Assembly (NCBI GenBank): GCA_051294905.1
Contig: CM119381.1
Span: 27,838,001 to 27,902,000, forward strand
Source of the DNA: Botryllus schlosseri
Lineage: Eukaryota
Reading direction: 5' to 3'
DNA: 64,000 nt
Shown: in pieces, positions 1 to 13,230 of the stretch
Layout of the letters: every line of letters starts with the position of its first letter
How positions within the stretch are numbered: the stretch's first letter is position 1
The notes under the pieces: generated by a model
Database searches by the model: none
What the model saw: only the letters and a program-made list of their open reading frames with translations
Told to the model about the DNA's origin: nothing
Translations under genes and position numbers: made by a program

Positions 1-1235
1 TAGCCAAAATTGTTTTGCATCTTTTCTCAGACAACGCAATGATTTCATGGGGTAGGCAGTAAAATTTAAAATCTTTTTTCATACTAAATTCAAATTATTC
101 AAACTCCAATAGCTTCACTTATATTAGTTGGAATTGAGCCAAATTTGGTGTGCAACGTTTTTAAGCCTACCTAACAACTTAATAAAAGTAGGCGCTAAAA
201 ATTTAAAAAAGTATTGTTTTTGTACAACCCTATCGTACACTGCAGATTGTTTTCTTTGACAAGCGTTTTATTCCACAGGCAGGGATATCCGGTTGTTTGA
301 TACAGCGCCTCACTCTTCGTTCATATGAGAAGTAGCCTGAAGAAATTAGTGATAACAGTATAATTGATATTTGTGTGCTATTATAATCAAGAATGATGAG
401 TTTAGCACGTTTTAATCTCAAATTTCAGTATTTATTGCTCAAGAATAAGGAAAATTGAAACGTGATAGAGGCGAGTCAAGTTTGAACTGCAATTGCGCAA
501 AGCTGACACGGCCAGTAGAGTGTTTGCAGAATGCAAGTTTATACAACCCTATTTTGTGGCGGGATAGCAACACGAGTGGGTTGCGAGTATAGGGCTGGGT
601 AGTGATATATGATTTTCTCGAGCACAGAAACTAGAAGATTTTTGCAACATAATTGATTTATGAAGGGGAATTGAAGTATTTATTATCTTTTCCATTGTGG
701 AAACCTTGAAACCTCGATTGGCCGTATCGCACCATACCAAACATGTAGGCTTTAAAAGCTACACGCGTTAGTGAAAATGACATTTCTTTGAAGTCACGAT
801 CAACCCACAGCATGATTGCCACAAAGCAATACCAAATTCTCTTTGTGACGTAGAACTGGAATATTTATTAATGGCCGCGAAAAAGTTATATACGCATTCG
901 AACCCGACACACCATCCAGCATACTGTCATGACATCATGAGTGATACTCGAATACCCGACTCGACTCGAAAACTATCACTCGATTCACTCATGCAGATAC
1001 TCGCTTTTTACCCAGCCTATAAGTAGTTGACCTATACCCGGCAGTCAAAGGCTGCACGGAAAGGCCTTAGGCTTAGTCAATGCCAAATATTGCCTTTGCT
1101 TCACCAACCAGACAACCATTTTCGTTCAATTTTTAAAAAGATTTACTAGACTCACGAATACATTGCTAACACTGGTCTGATTTCTGGTATGGATTGTTAA
1201 GTCCCGTTATTTTTACTTATTTTAGAAATACTATA

Positions 1236-4200
1236 ATGGATCTCAAGTTTATCCTCTGCTGGTTGATCTCATGCGCGCTCGTTGCTGTATCTTCGGGGAA
1301 CATTTTGGAGAGTACTTTTCCGCCTGATAATGTTGGAGAGGAGGATTTTGAGAGCCAAGAAGTGATATTTGATTCCAGGGTTGACGATCTGCCGGCCTCC
1401 GAAAGTGATACCATAGCGAGTCAGCACAAGTCAAAAACTATGAACAAAGAGCAGGAACCTGAAAAGTCTGGAGATATGGACGAAGACAAGCCTGCTAGTG
1501 ATTCGAAAAAGAACAGAGTAAAGAAGCCTAAAAAGTCCGGAGATAAGGACGAAGACAAGCCTGCTAGTGATTCCAAAAAGAACAGAGTAAAAAAGCCTAA
1601 AAAGTCCGCAGATAAGGACGAAGACAAGCCTGCTAGTGACTCCAAAAAGAACCGAGTAAAGAAGCCTAAAACGTCCGGAGATAAGGACGAAGACAAGCCT
1701 GCTAGTGATTCCAAAAAGAACAGAGTAAAAAAGCCTAAAAAGTCTGCAGATAAGGACGAAGACAAGCCTGCTGGTGATTCCAAAAAGAACCGAGTAAAGA
1801 AGCCTAAAAAGTCCGGAGATAAGGACGAAGACAAGCCTGCTAGTGATTCGAAGAAGAACAGAGTAAAAAAGCCTAAAAAGTCCGGAGATAAGGATGAAGA
1901 CAAGCCTGCTAGTGATTCCAAAAAGAACCGAGTAAGGAAGCCTAAACAGTCCACAGATAAGGACGAAGACAAGCCTGCTAGTGATTCGAAAAAGAACAGG
2001 GTAAAGAAGCCTAAAAAGTCCGGAGATAAGGACGAAGACAAGCCTGCTAGTGATTCGAAGAAGAACAGAGTAAAAAAGCCTAAAAAGTCCGGAGATAAGG
2101 ATGAAGACAAGCCTGCTAATGATTCCAAAAAGAACCGAGTAAGGAAGCCTAAAAAGTCCACAGATAAGGACGAAGACAAGCCTGCTAGTGATTCGAAAAA
2201 GAACAGGGTAAAGAAGCCTAAAAAGTCCGGAGATAAGGACGAAGACAAGCCTGCTAGTGATTCCAAAAAGAACAAAGTAAAGAAGCCTAAAAAGTCTGAA
2301 GATAAAGACGCAAACAAGCCTGCTAGTGATTCGAAAAAGAACAGGGTAAAGAAGCCTAAAAAGTCCGGAGAAAAGGACGAAGACAAGCCTGCTAGTGATT
2401 CCAAAAAGAACAAAGTAAAGAAGCCTAAAAAGTCCGCAGATAAGGACGAAGATAAGCCTACTAGTGATTCGAAAAAGAACCGAGTAAATAAGCCTAAAAA
2501 GTCTGGAGATACTGACGAAGTCAAGCCTGCTAGTCAGCCCAGAAATGACAGTGTGGAAAAACCTATGGAGTCCGAAGAAAATGCACAAAATAAAGACCGG
2601 AGAATGCTTCGTGCCGCTGGCAAGTTAGGACATTACCGTGGAACGACGCAAGGTAATGACGAACATCTTCATTTCTTCGGTATTCCAACAATCTGATCCA
2701 TTTTGTTCCTACAAGGCTGTAATATGTATCGCCAATGCTAAGTCTACTTTACCTGATGTATTTCAGACGGCTGGATTACCGGATGCGAGGAGGCAGAGGC
2801 ACGAGGGCCGGTAGCCTTGGGTCAATCTACTGGACAAGTCGAGACGGTGTTCTCTCAATACGCAAAATCGATGATAAACGTATATTGTGATGTTACCACA
2901 CTAGGCGGCGGGTGGACAGTAAGTTTCTTTACAAGTTTGACCATAGATAGATAGATAAATATCCTACCGATAGGTGCAAAGCATGTGATTGTGCGGCTGA
3001 GCAATTAGAGAAACAAGAAATTACCATTGCTGCGAACAATTAGCGCCGTAACAGGTCATTGTATTGTGGCGTTCCTATTGTTCTGAACAATGACGATCTT
3101 CGAATTTTAAGTGAAATTTTTAGGTTGTAGTGTACCAATCCCATTATAACATATATTTTCGGAATCAGAGCGACAGTAGCTTTTTTTCAATTCCAATTTT
3201 ATCAAATTTGGCGCTTGTGGGTCGCTAGGTACAACGTTGCCCTATCTATTAACGACGTTACCAGAAATTGCTAGTCAAATGTGTTTGTCCAACCGCGCAA
3301 TCACATTGTGCATCTATCAATAGGCTTAGCTATATATGGTGTGACGTGACCTACAATGTAAATGTAAAGGATTCGGGGGTAAAGGGCATTCGTGGCGACA
3401 CAAATGATCGGTAAGTATAAAAGTTATACGAAACGTCGAATCTTATTGGTCGGAATCAAAATTATATAGCCTACCATCAGATATATAAAAAATAACGCTT
3501 AAATAAATGCGGAAGCTACTTGTAGCGGTTCTTATGGATGCGTCATTGAACAATGAACCTCATTTACTTTTCAGGTTTTTCAGAGACGTGTGGACGGGAC
3601 GCTGGATTTTGCCACTCGGGGGTACGCAGCCTACCAATATGGCTTTGGAGACCTGGACGGGGAGCATTGGCTTGGTAACCACCATACAAACCGTATAGTT
3701 GGCGTACCGGTAGAGCAGTGTGGTTGCCAACTAACTAACCGCAATCCGCAAGCTTATCAACTAATCAACTATTTTAAAGAATTCGCACAACCCAACTATC
3801 GTCCAATTTTGTAGTGTTTCTCAATTCCGAGGAGTCAAATTGGTATTCGAGTATTGCATCAAATTGTCTATTAGAATCAATGCGTTACATTACCAACATC
3901 CGTAGATTATTAATATATATATATCAATATATTTCCCCATGCATTAAGGTGCCAACTATAAAGACAGTTTGTGGCTTGCTATGTCCGCTTTCCAGTGCTA
4001 TACCTACGCCACTACAACAGGTCCAAACCGTAAAAAATGTAGGGGGCCTCAAAACCTGAGTCTGACTACTAGAAAATTTTCGGGATATCCAATTTAGATA
4101 AAATTAGTTTTATAGCTACACAGCTTTTTCGAAATTAGGTCAGTTTATATCAAATCAGAGTTCGTTAAGCATGTCAGTACACCAAGCTTAGCTCGTTTAG

Positions 4201-5267
4201 CACGGTAGTATTTTGAGGAAAACCAGAAATTAGATTACAATTATATTAGTGCGGAGAAACAGTTCACATATTGGATTAGGAATCGGCATTTCGCTCAATT
4301 AGTGTAATTAGACGACTAGAATTATCTAGTCATCACAGTCTGGGCCTTCAGTAGCGCCGTCGATACATGGCGCATACAAAACGGCGCTAAATGATAGCAG
4401 ACCGGGATGACTAGATAATTCTAGTAGTCTAATTACACTAATTGAGATTTCGCAATAATAATTTTTCGTTCTGGCCATCACGGTAAAATCTTGTTCTTTG
4501 ACCGCTACGGCATAAAAATGCATGTCCAGTTTTCGGAAGACAGTCAAATTTGTAACTCAAGCTTGGTTTTTATCGCGACATGATCATGAAACACGCTTTT
4601 TCAGGACTTGAAAACATGGCGGACATCATGGGAGATGATGAATACCAGCTTCGACTGGAGATGAGAGACGTCCGAGGGAAAAGGATGATTGCAAATTACG
4701 GGTAAATGCGTTCTCCCTCGATTGTTTAGAATATCAATAGAATGCAATACCTCTTCGTTAGTTTATGGATTGTCATGCGCAGAAAAAAATAGAGGAAGTA
4801 AGAAGTTTTGCCTTAAAATTGATACGTAGAAGTAGAATTAGCCTATAAATAAAACCATATGAGTGAAAGTATAGGCTTGATATACTTAATTGTAGGAGTT
4901 TGAGAACGTAATCAATTATTTTTCCAGAGAATTTTCGCTCGGCAAAAGTACCAAAGGCTATCGGCTGAAAGTCGGATCCTTCGACGGTATCGGAGTTGGC
5001 AACGTCCTAGCTTCCAGCAACGGGAAGAAATTCTCCACTTTCGATCGAGACAACAGCGGATTATATTGCGGGACCGAGTTCGACAGCGGCTTCTGGTTCG
5101 GCGCTTGCTCGCAGTCGAGCCCGAACGGCAAATATATCGTCGATACAGAAAATCCTGACACACTGCCCGGAATCAATTGGAGTCCGATTCCTGGAAGGTT
5201 TGGACCTCTGACACAGATAGAAATGAAGTTTAGGAAGAAATCTTTCAGTGTTGTGAAACTTTACTGA
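1236..5267 (+). CDS. Secreted fibrinogen-related (FReD) protein with long Lys/Asp-rich tandem repeat, 5 coding exons, ~701 aa
   Basis: Exons 1236-2652, 2767-2918, 3575-3674, 4605-4701 and 4928-5267 join in frame through GT-AG introns (phases 1,0,1,2). Signal peptide MDLKFILCWLISCALVAVSSG. FReD motifs VYCDVTTLGGGWT|VFQRRVDG, GFGDLDGEHWLG, FSTFDRDN, GFWFGAC, EMKFR. Confidence 0.93.
1485..2519 (+). repeat. Coding tandem repeat, 15 x 69 bp (DKPASDSKKNRVKKPKKSGDKDE)
   Basis: Unit starts at 1485, 1554, etc. with a 69-bp period; 15 near-identical units counted in the translation. Confidence 0.98.
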
Positions 5268-7379
5268 TCTTGCTCGTTTATGTCATTCTAGTTAAAGTAA
5301 TACAATTCACCTTTCTCCTGACCTACGTGTGAAATAAGTAGTCTGCTATACAGTGATTAGGCAGAGATGATCAAAGTATTCACTATTCATCGTTCAAACT
5401 AATGTAGAAAGAGAAATATAACGCCGTGAAATTTTACTCTCAAGGGCAAGTTGAAGTGACGTGTGGTGATGATTTGCAAGTAAATAAAAACAAAGTAAGT
5501 AATCTAAATCTAGCTATGCCTAAAAACTGTCAAGTAGAAGTAGTCTATTCACGTGAGCAAGTAGTACAAGTAGGCTTAGGTGACGTCATTGGAAAAGTAG
5601 AAGTAGTCTCCACGTCGTTACTAACTTTCTCTGCATATTATAATTGATACTAATGCCATTCGCTTATATAAGAGAATGAACCTTAATTGGTACACGGGTA
5701 GAAAGAGAAGTTACCCTATAAATTTCTACTCAATTGCAAGTATCAGTGACGATGTCTGAGGCATATCAAAAATACTTCTTCAAGTTGAAATAGAATATGT
5801 AAATTTGAAAACTCTACGAGTAGGCAGTTTCAAAAAGTACATTTGGTCGACAACTCGCATATACTTTTAGTGACCTAAGCGTCTATACTTTCAAAATTGC
5901 AGGGTGTATCTTTGCGATTTACACAAAATGACTAACCCCACTACAAATTGGTGCAGAAACTATGCAGTCACCATGATTCAGAAGCGATTGACAATTCACT
6001 AGAAGTGAACTTCTATAGCAGCCCTCTTCGCCTCTTTAGGTTCGCGCCAGTGGGATGCTTGAGTGATTGTTTGTGGCTGGCATTCTGGGTAGACTTGTGT
6101 ATGTGCTGTGTGTACGAGAGTGAATTCTGGATACCGTTGTTATATTGCGCCAGTATACCCTACCGTCTCTGTTGGAGTGCACAAGTAATTGGGTTGAATA
6201 AATCTCCATTCTAAAACAAAGGCCTCTAGACTTCGTTACTGGCTTCGTCCATGACTAGTAAGTGAGTAATCGGAGAATGGCTTGTATCGGTAGGTAGTTT
6301 GCCACTGTCACACCGACGAAAGTAGTCAGACACCGAGTCCCTCTCCAAGGCTACACATATCGTAAAATACTGGTCACATGTTTATTGCAAAGATAACTGA
6401 TTTCACAGTGATGACGATGAATAGAAAACTGCATGACAAGATATGCTTGATTTTGAAACTTGTCGCCACATACATAGTGCTGATGATTAGAGAAATCCGG
6501 CGTGTAGAGTGCTGGTATGTTGTTAGCTATAGTTGCAAATATATATTGGATTGACTGCCACGTGCAAACGATACTGCAACGTTACTATCGTCCGGTTATG
6601 GTCATGGTCAGCCTCGTTTCGAGAAATGACTAAACTGGCACTTGCGACCAGACCAGGGATATTGATGATCATTGATCATTGCTCAGACTTGGAACACGAG
6701 AGAATATCCAGCTTTTCCAAATTAGATTAGAACTTTACTCCACAGATTTGTTACTAATTAGACTATAATTAGAATTATAACTACGCAAATACGAATTAGA
6801 ATTGCTGAATTCGCAAAAACTTAGACATTGAAAATTTAAGTCAGATTTTGAGCAAATTGCGAGCGATATGCCCTAAATTAGCACAGAAGTGACGGTCCGG
6901 CGGGTAGTGATTTTAGCTCTGAGCGAAAAGATGATATTTTTTTTTTTAGTCAGCCACCTAGCAATGCGGAGAAAAAAAACGGTATTTTGAGCTCTGAGCG
7001 GGAAGATGACCTTTTTTTGGTCAACCGATCACATAGTGGGAAAAATTCACCGGTTTTTGAGAATTCTTCTCCGGTTTTTCAAGTTTCAAATTTCTGAAAA
7101 AGTGTCCTCTTTTTAGATTTCCAAAATATGGTAAGCCTAGTATAATAGAAACATGTCACGAATTAGATTACTAGAATTATCGATAGTTGTCCAAGTGTGG
7201 CAGGGTTTGAATTACAATAATATCGAGGACAGGATCGATAGATGATCATTTCTTAGCTCAGCCCTGAACAGGATTTCCTGGAGCCGGATTTTAACATTGA
7301 CGACGGAAGCGGGATTTCGTTTCAACTCACAGGTCTGGGTCCGGTCCAAATACTAAAAATGACGGACCCGGATCAGCAG

Positions 7380-10043
7380 TTAAACAGTCGATTCCTTCGT
7401 CATAATTCGAAGAGTCGCATCGTCGCAATTGTCGGTGTTACGGAGGTGCTCGTGCGTGACTAGAGTTGCTGTAATGTCATCTCCGTTAGAATCATACGAT
7501 TGTGTAGAAGGTAGGCTTGTCCTCTGCTTGATATTGCAACAAGTCAAGCTTGTGTGAGGCATCAGGTGGAGAGGCGTCATGGGTTGGTATTGGTAGCGGC
7601 CTGGAATATGTAACAAACAAAGTATATGTAAAGCTTCATTTCAACCAAAGTTTTCAAATTCAATTAGAATTATAGCTACACAGTTTTTTTTTACAAATTC
7701 GAATATAATTGGAAGTACTACATTCGCTCAAACATGGAAATTGGAAAAATTCCCAATAAGAAAGCAATACACCAAAAATCAAGTCCAGTTAATATCAAAT
7801 CATAGTTCATCCTCAAAAGCACGAGAATGGTAAATGCCTATACACCCAGCTTGGCTCGTTTCGCACTGTATAGTTCTCCTGTAGTATTTTCAGGAAAACC
7901 AGAGATTAAACTATGAATTATAACGAGAACATAGAAACAGTTCGCAAATTAGATTACCGGCACTTTGCATTAATGAGTCTCATACGACAATTAGAATCAA
8001 CTTGTCCAAGTCTGAACTGTATAGTGCGAAACGAGCATAGGTCGGGGTACAGACATTTGCCATTCTTATGACAATCAATTCTGATTTCATACGAACTGAA
8101 TTTGAACTGGTATATATTTCTTTCCGATTCTGAAATTAATTTAATTTCCAAGTAATTCAGAAATTCTAATTTCAACCGAATTTGGAAAAGCTGAAAATTT
8201 TCTATTTGTCCGATTCTGGTCTCTGTCAAATTATGTTTATGGCTTTACATGCAGGCTTATGACTCACACATGCACCAGCCCGCGAGGCAAGCCCAGTGTA
8301 ACTTGATGCATTGCGACCCTCCGAACATCGAGACGAATTTCGGAACCTTTTGCGCGGCCACCAACTCCGCTAGTTTCTTTGCTGAATTCTTCAAATTTTC
8401 AGGGCAGGGATTGTACGAGCGTTTCATGTACTGCAATCGAAAAATTTACACAGCGTAATGCAGGGGCGGGCAACTTCTTCGGCTGGCCGGATATAGGAAC
8501 ATGAAGTACTTGGCGGGCCGGATTCCCGAATCGAAACATTAATCGAGTATTTATCCACCTATAGAAGGAATTTATCGTATTCAATGTAAACTTCAAGGTT
8601 ACAGCACGGTGACCGAAAACAGGATTTAGGGATTTTATCAAAGCAATGTAGCCTATACTTGGATATTTGTTGGAGTCAATGAGACATCTGTGGTTCCACA
8701 AAATTGTTAACAAGTTCTTTGAACTCTGGCTATACGTGACGGACGTAGAAACTCTTAGTAAAGAATGGACGTGAACGTCGGTTAGATTTGAACGCGGTTA
8801 TGTCTTGTTAATTTTGATGGTCGAAAATGTTTGCGCGTAGATATATGTGGTAGAGTGTAGACACGCGGGCCGCATTATCGTGTAAGACCGGAAACTGTCT
8901 ATGCGGGCCGCTCAAAATTCCGTCGCGGGCCGTATGTTGCCCACCCCTGGCGTAATGTTTACGCAGTGTTGGCTGGGCAAAATCGAGCACTTGAGTGATT
9001 CGATTCTGAGTCGAGTATTCGAGTATTACTCATTATGACTCCGCATCGGTATGAATGTTGTGGAAAGATGAAATGCGTGGCTTTTACGCGACCATGAAGA
9101 ATATATGTCATTTCTGCATCACAAAAGGTTATTGGTATTATTTCGACCATAGTTATCACATTGCACTGTGACAATGCTGTGTGTCGGTCATAGTGCGAAG
9201 CGGATCGACAAATTCTCTGGTCCGGCTCCGATCCGCCTCCGGCCGCATCAGGAAAAGTACTGAGATCCGGCTCCAATCCGGTTCTGGCCAAAAATGAAAA
9301 ATTCCGGCCAGAAATCCGGCCCTACTCGGTACGGAGGTTCCGTGAATTGATAAATATGCCTCGTTTATGTTTACACTGGCTTGGTGGTTATTTACGTGTG
9401 GTTGGTTGGTAGTTATATAGTTATAAAAGTTATGCTTTTCCATCAACATTATGGCCGGATCAAAAATGTAGTGATCCGGCTCAGGTCAGGCTCCGGCCGT
9501 AACAGAAAAAGTACTGATCCGGCTCCGATCCGCACTAGTCGGTCACGACTTCACATATATGTCATTTGTATTACATGTTTCGTATGCTGCGGTACAACCA
9601 ATCGGGGTTTCAAGGCTCCCATACTGAAAAATAGTATCGGCACTATAATTTTCGTTGATAGATTTGCTCTTATTAGAGGCAAGGAGCGTATGATTTCAGT
9701 ACTCAAAAATATTATCTGTTACTACTCGAATAGAATCATTATATTTTATACCCGATTCAGAATCGAATCACTCACCTACCCCACGACGAGGTATACTAGA
9801 CCAACTCACTTTCAATAATACTGGACTGATATCCTCCATTCTCCACGTTGGGAAACCATCTGGGTATACAACCGAAGCTTCGGATATGCGTGGTGCATTC
9901 GCGAGTTCGGATTGAGCTCCGTCGGTATCCGGATAGAAAACGTCGCTCTCGAAACTCATTTTCCTTATCACTTCAAAAGTGCGCGAGGACGTGCTGGACG
10001 AAGAGGAATCGCTCGTAGAGGCATACGAGCCACTGTTACCCAT
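7380..10043 (-). CDS. Uncharacterised 3-exon protein (~205 aa) starting MGNSGS
   Basis: Exons 10043-9810, 8430-8268 and 7600-7380. Both donors are GTGAGT, acceptors are pyrimidine-rich CAG, and phases 0 and 1 join without stops. No family recognised. Further downstream exons are not excluded. Confidence 0.65.
8461..8949. mobile_element. Non-autonomous hAT (Buster/Charlie-type) MITE
   Basis: TIR CAGGGG(C/T)GGGCAAC; perfect 8-bp TSD GCGTAATG; GCGGGCC subterminal motifs. Lies in intron 1 of the minus-strand gene. Confidence 0.92.
9180..9550. repeat. Degenerate MITE-like element with ATCCGG/GATCCG subterminal repeats
   Basis: Clusters of ATCCGG(C) at both ends; termini eroded and no TSD found. 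Confidence 0.45.
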
Positions 10044-11412
10044 GCAAATAACTATGTACACAATATCAATAAATAGTATATATATGGAAATTGATCTGAA
10101 ATTATGATATTTGAATGTATTATTACGGGATAGTAATTTACAGTATAACCGATGCCGCGTATTACAGTTCCATATGGCCGCACAATTTTGATGAGACTTG
10201 CGATCAATCATATTAGTCGCGTAGAGGTGGTCAGCAATAACGAAATACTGCTTTTCGGAGTTTTAAAGTTATTTTACGTTATTTCACTAATTACTACGGG
10301 CAAAACCACTCATTTCTTACACTGTAAATATTGAAAAGTAGGACGTTCCCCAAAGCAGTATTGGATCATCAACAATATAAGGAGGCCTTTTACACATACA
10401 GAACGCTAACTTTTCGGAGTTGAACGGCTAGCGACAGATCGCGGCTCCTTAAATGGTTCAAGCTCTGAAGCCAGGTATAGTCCCATCATAAGGGTAAACC
10501 AGAGATGTTCAAAGTATTCATCGCAAGTACAATTATAAGCTGAGTCGTAGGCCTATACACTCTTAGCGAAAAAAAGTATGTAATCACACTCAGAACCTAA
10601 CTCAACATTATGTCGCGGTTATAAATATTAGGTGCTGACCTGCATACCTTCCTATACGTCTTTACGAACATCATTTGGGTTATCATATTGTGTTTGATTC
10701 ATGCCGAGGTGTAAGTCTGAAGTAAGTTCTGGCCTGGTATACCACAGGTATATGTTCATACCCGTATAATAGGGTGGTAATACACAATCTTTCCGTTAAC
10801 AGTGTACTGTTCCTCCTCGCCGAACCCGCTGTAACACAGCGCATTGAAAAAGCTCAGACAAAGAGAGAGACGAACTCTTGAAAGGAGGCAGCAAATGAGC
10901 CGAAAAAAGACTCGAGTTCAAGAAGACATGCCATTATGAAATTTATGAAATTTACTGTGTGGGCGCAAATAACCACGATGTTGCAAGCGATATTATATGC
11001 GTTAATAAAACAACAACAGTGTACTGTACTGTACAGTTTTACTCTAATAGTATGTAAAAGTATGTTTTCCGGGCCTAGTTTTGCGTAAAAAGTGAAAACT
11101 GTTCAAGTGGAAATGGCGGTAGTATAAAATTATACCAGTGATTCCCAACCGCGGCCCCGAGGGCCGCATGCGGCCCCCAGCTAGCCTTTCTGCGGCCCCC
11201 ACAAAAATATTGAGAAATCGATTTATGAAGAAAAAAAATAATATTTATAAAATACTCTTGCTTGGCTTGGAGTCTGGAGTTTTCAATTAGGATTGCACGA
11301 AAGTTGTGAGTAGACTGCTAAGATTACGTCACTGCTGTTTCAATGCAATATGCCCAAACTTTCCAGTTGAACGAGCAGTACCTATAGATATTGGTATAGA
11401 TATAGGTATTGA

Positions 11413-12707
11413 CAGGGCTGCAACTGCCGCACCCCAAGTCCCCCAATTGGGAGGAACGAGCTCGAAAGGGGCCCAAAAATATTTAGTGAATTAGCATGAA
11501 TTATAGAGCCTTTTATAAAATTTTATGCATCTTTTTCAAAAATTTTTCGCACTGCGCGCGATTTCAAGTTTCCAAGTACCTTCATTATTGGGTACTCTTC
11601 CACCAAGATAAAATACGCAAGATTTATAGAAGTGGGCATATCGGCGTTGGTCATTACCGCGCCACGACGCACGAAGACATATAAAGTTTTAGGTCATATA
11701 ACGTGCGACTCCAAGAAGTGTGCCAGAACGATCGACAGCGAGAAAACCTTAGCCGAACTGGACTGCCCTTACGCTGACCGGAAACTTCATTATGTATATA
11801 CAAAATACATATAGGTATAATTGACCATAGGCGCCTAAATGACTGGCGCCGTATATTCCTGTCTTGGCAATCTGAACCTCGCGAGACAAATATAGGCTAC
11901 CATCCCGCAGGGAAGAATTATATGCCAGTGAAGAACTACCAATTTGAAATCGTGTGCATCTTTTAGTTTAGTACGTTTGGGCGATTCTATATTTGTTGAT
12001 ATAGCAGACATGGAGGTCACGAAATAACATCATGTAACGAAGTCGTACCAACGGGTTCGCCCGTCCGAAAATGTTTAATTATTATTTACGGGCCATACAG
12101 TTTCCAAGACACCTCACTCAGCTCTACCGGTAAATCTGATTACGTGAGCAGAGAGGACAAGTAATTGATAGGAATATATATGCAATTTCCGATCTTTTTG
12201 ACCTATTTTATTTTGAATTATCGAAAATTTTCGCGCTCCACGCTGGCTCACTAAACGGTGATCCTGATTTCGTGGCAGAAGCGAACAACGGGACGGGGGT
12301 TCGGTTTATCACCCTATGGGAGCTCAAGACCTAAGTGTTTTGAGGGGCCTGACGAAGTGCTGTTTCGCTCCTGCCAACGGGTATACGCCCGAAGCTGTTT
12401 AATTATTATTGAGTGGTCCTACCTTTTCAAGCACAACTCACTCGGCTCAACCGGTCAATCTAATTACGCAAGCATAGAGAGAGGATAAAAATTGATACCA
12501 ATATACTTTCAATTCCCAATTATATTCACCGATTCAATCATGAATTATAGAAATTTTTCGCGCTTCGCGCGATTAGTCGAGAGATGCTGCCTAAAACAGA
12601 CACCAGATTTCGATGATAAATAGCGGTAAACAGCCATCTAGCCTGAGGGGCAAGAGCAACGTTTTTATTTGGGGGGGGGGGGCTGACGAAGTGCTGTTAC
12701 GGCCCTG
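11413..12707. mobile_element. Non-autonomous hAT (Tip100-like) element
   Basis: Ends CAGGGCTGCAAC / GTTACGGCCCTG; TSD GGTATTGA/AGTATTGA (7/8). Related fragments at ~42760-43010 and ~43640-44190. Confidence 0.8.
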
Positions 12708-12965
12708 AGTATTGATAACTAATTTACGGATAGATGTGCAACAAGTGACTCCCGATTGAATACGCCGAGATGCGTACTATGCTTAGCCGGCTCGAGTGCT
12801 TAGCCGGCATACGACAGTGCTTTAATAATTCATGAGAACTAATATATTACCAATAGAACAACGCGCACAGGCTTAACCATCTATCGCTACAATCCCGTCC
12901 ATTAATCAGCTAAACACTTGTTGCGGAATCAGTTCTACCGTAATCTTACACAAGTCATATTTGAA

Positions 12966-13230
12966 GAGCTTCATGGAGGTACAGAGCTTCGATATTCAAT
13001 TGAATCGTATATGTTTATAATATTGAAATCAATCCGAATATTTTCGGCTGACACTCGCCAGGGGTAATCGTCACTAACTAGTAGAAATTTGAATAGAACA
13101 TGATGATACCATTGTTGATATGCAATGTTCTTTCCAACCAATGTTCTCCCCTAGTCGCTGAAGATTATCCGACTAGTGTCAATATTCGGGTTTATTTCAA
13201 TATGAATACATTATTCAACTGCATTGAAGT
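12966..13230. repeat. Inverted pair of the hammerhead-core repeat family (copy A)
   Basis: Left arm begins GAGCTTCATGGAGGTACAG and carries the motif at 13032-13065 (- strand, A6->G); right arm degenerate. Approximate bounds. Confidence 0.7.

Noticed and set aside
1421-2588. Long hydrophobic minus-strand ORFs (367 and 385 aa)
   Set aside because: Mirror frames of the stop-free 69-bp coding repeat; no independent features.
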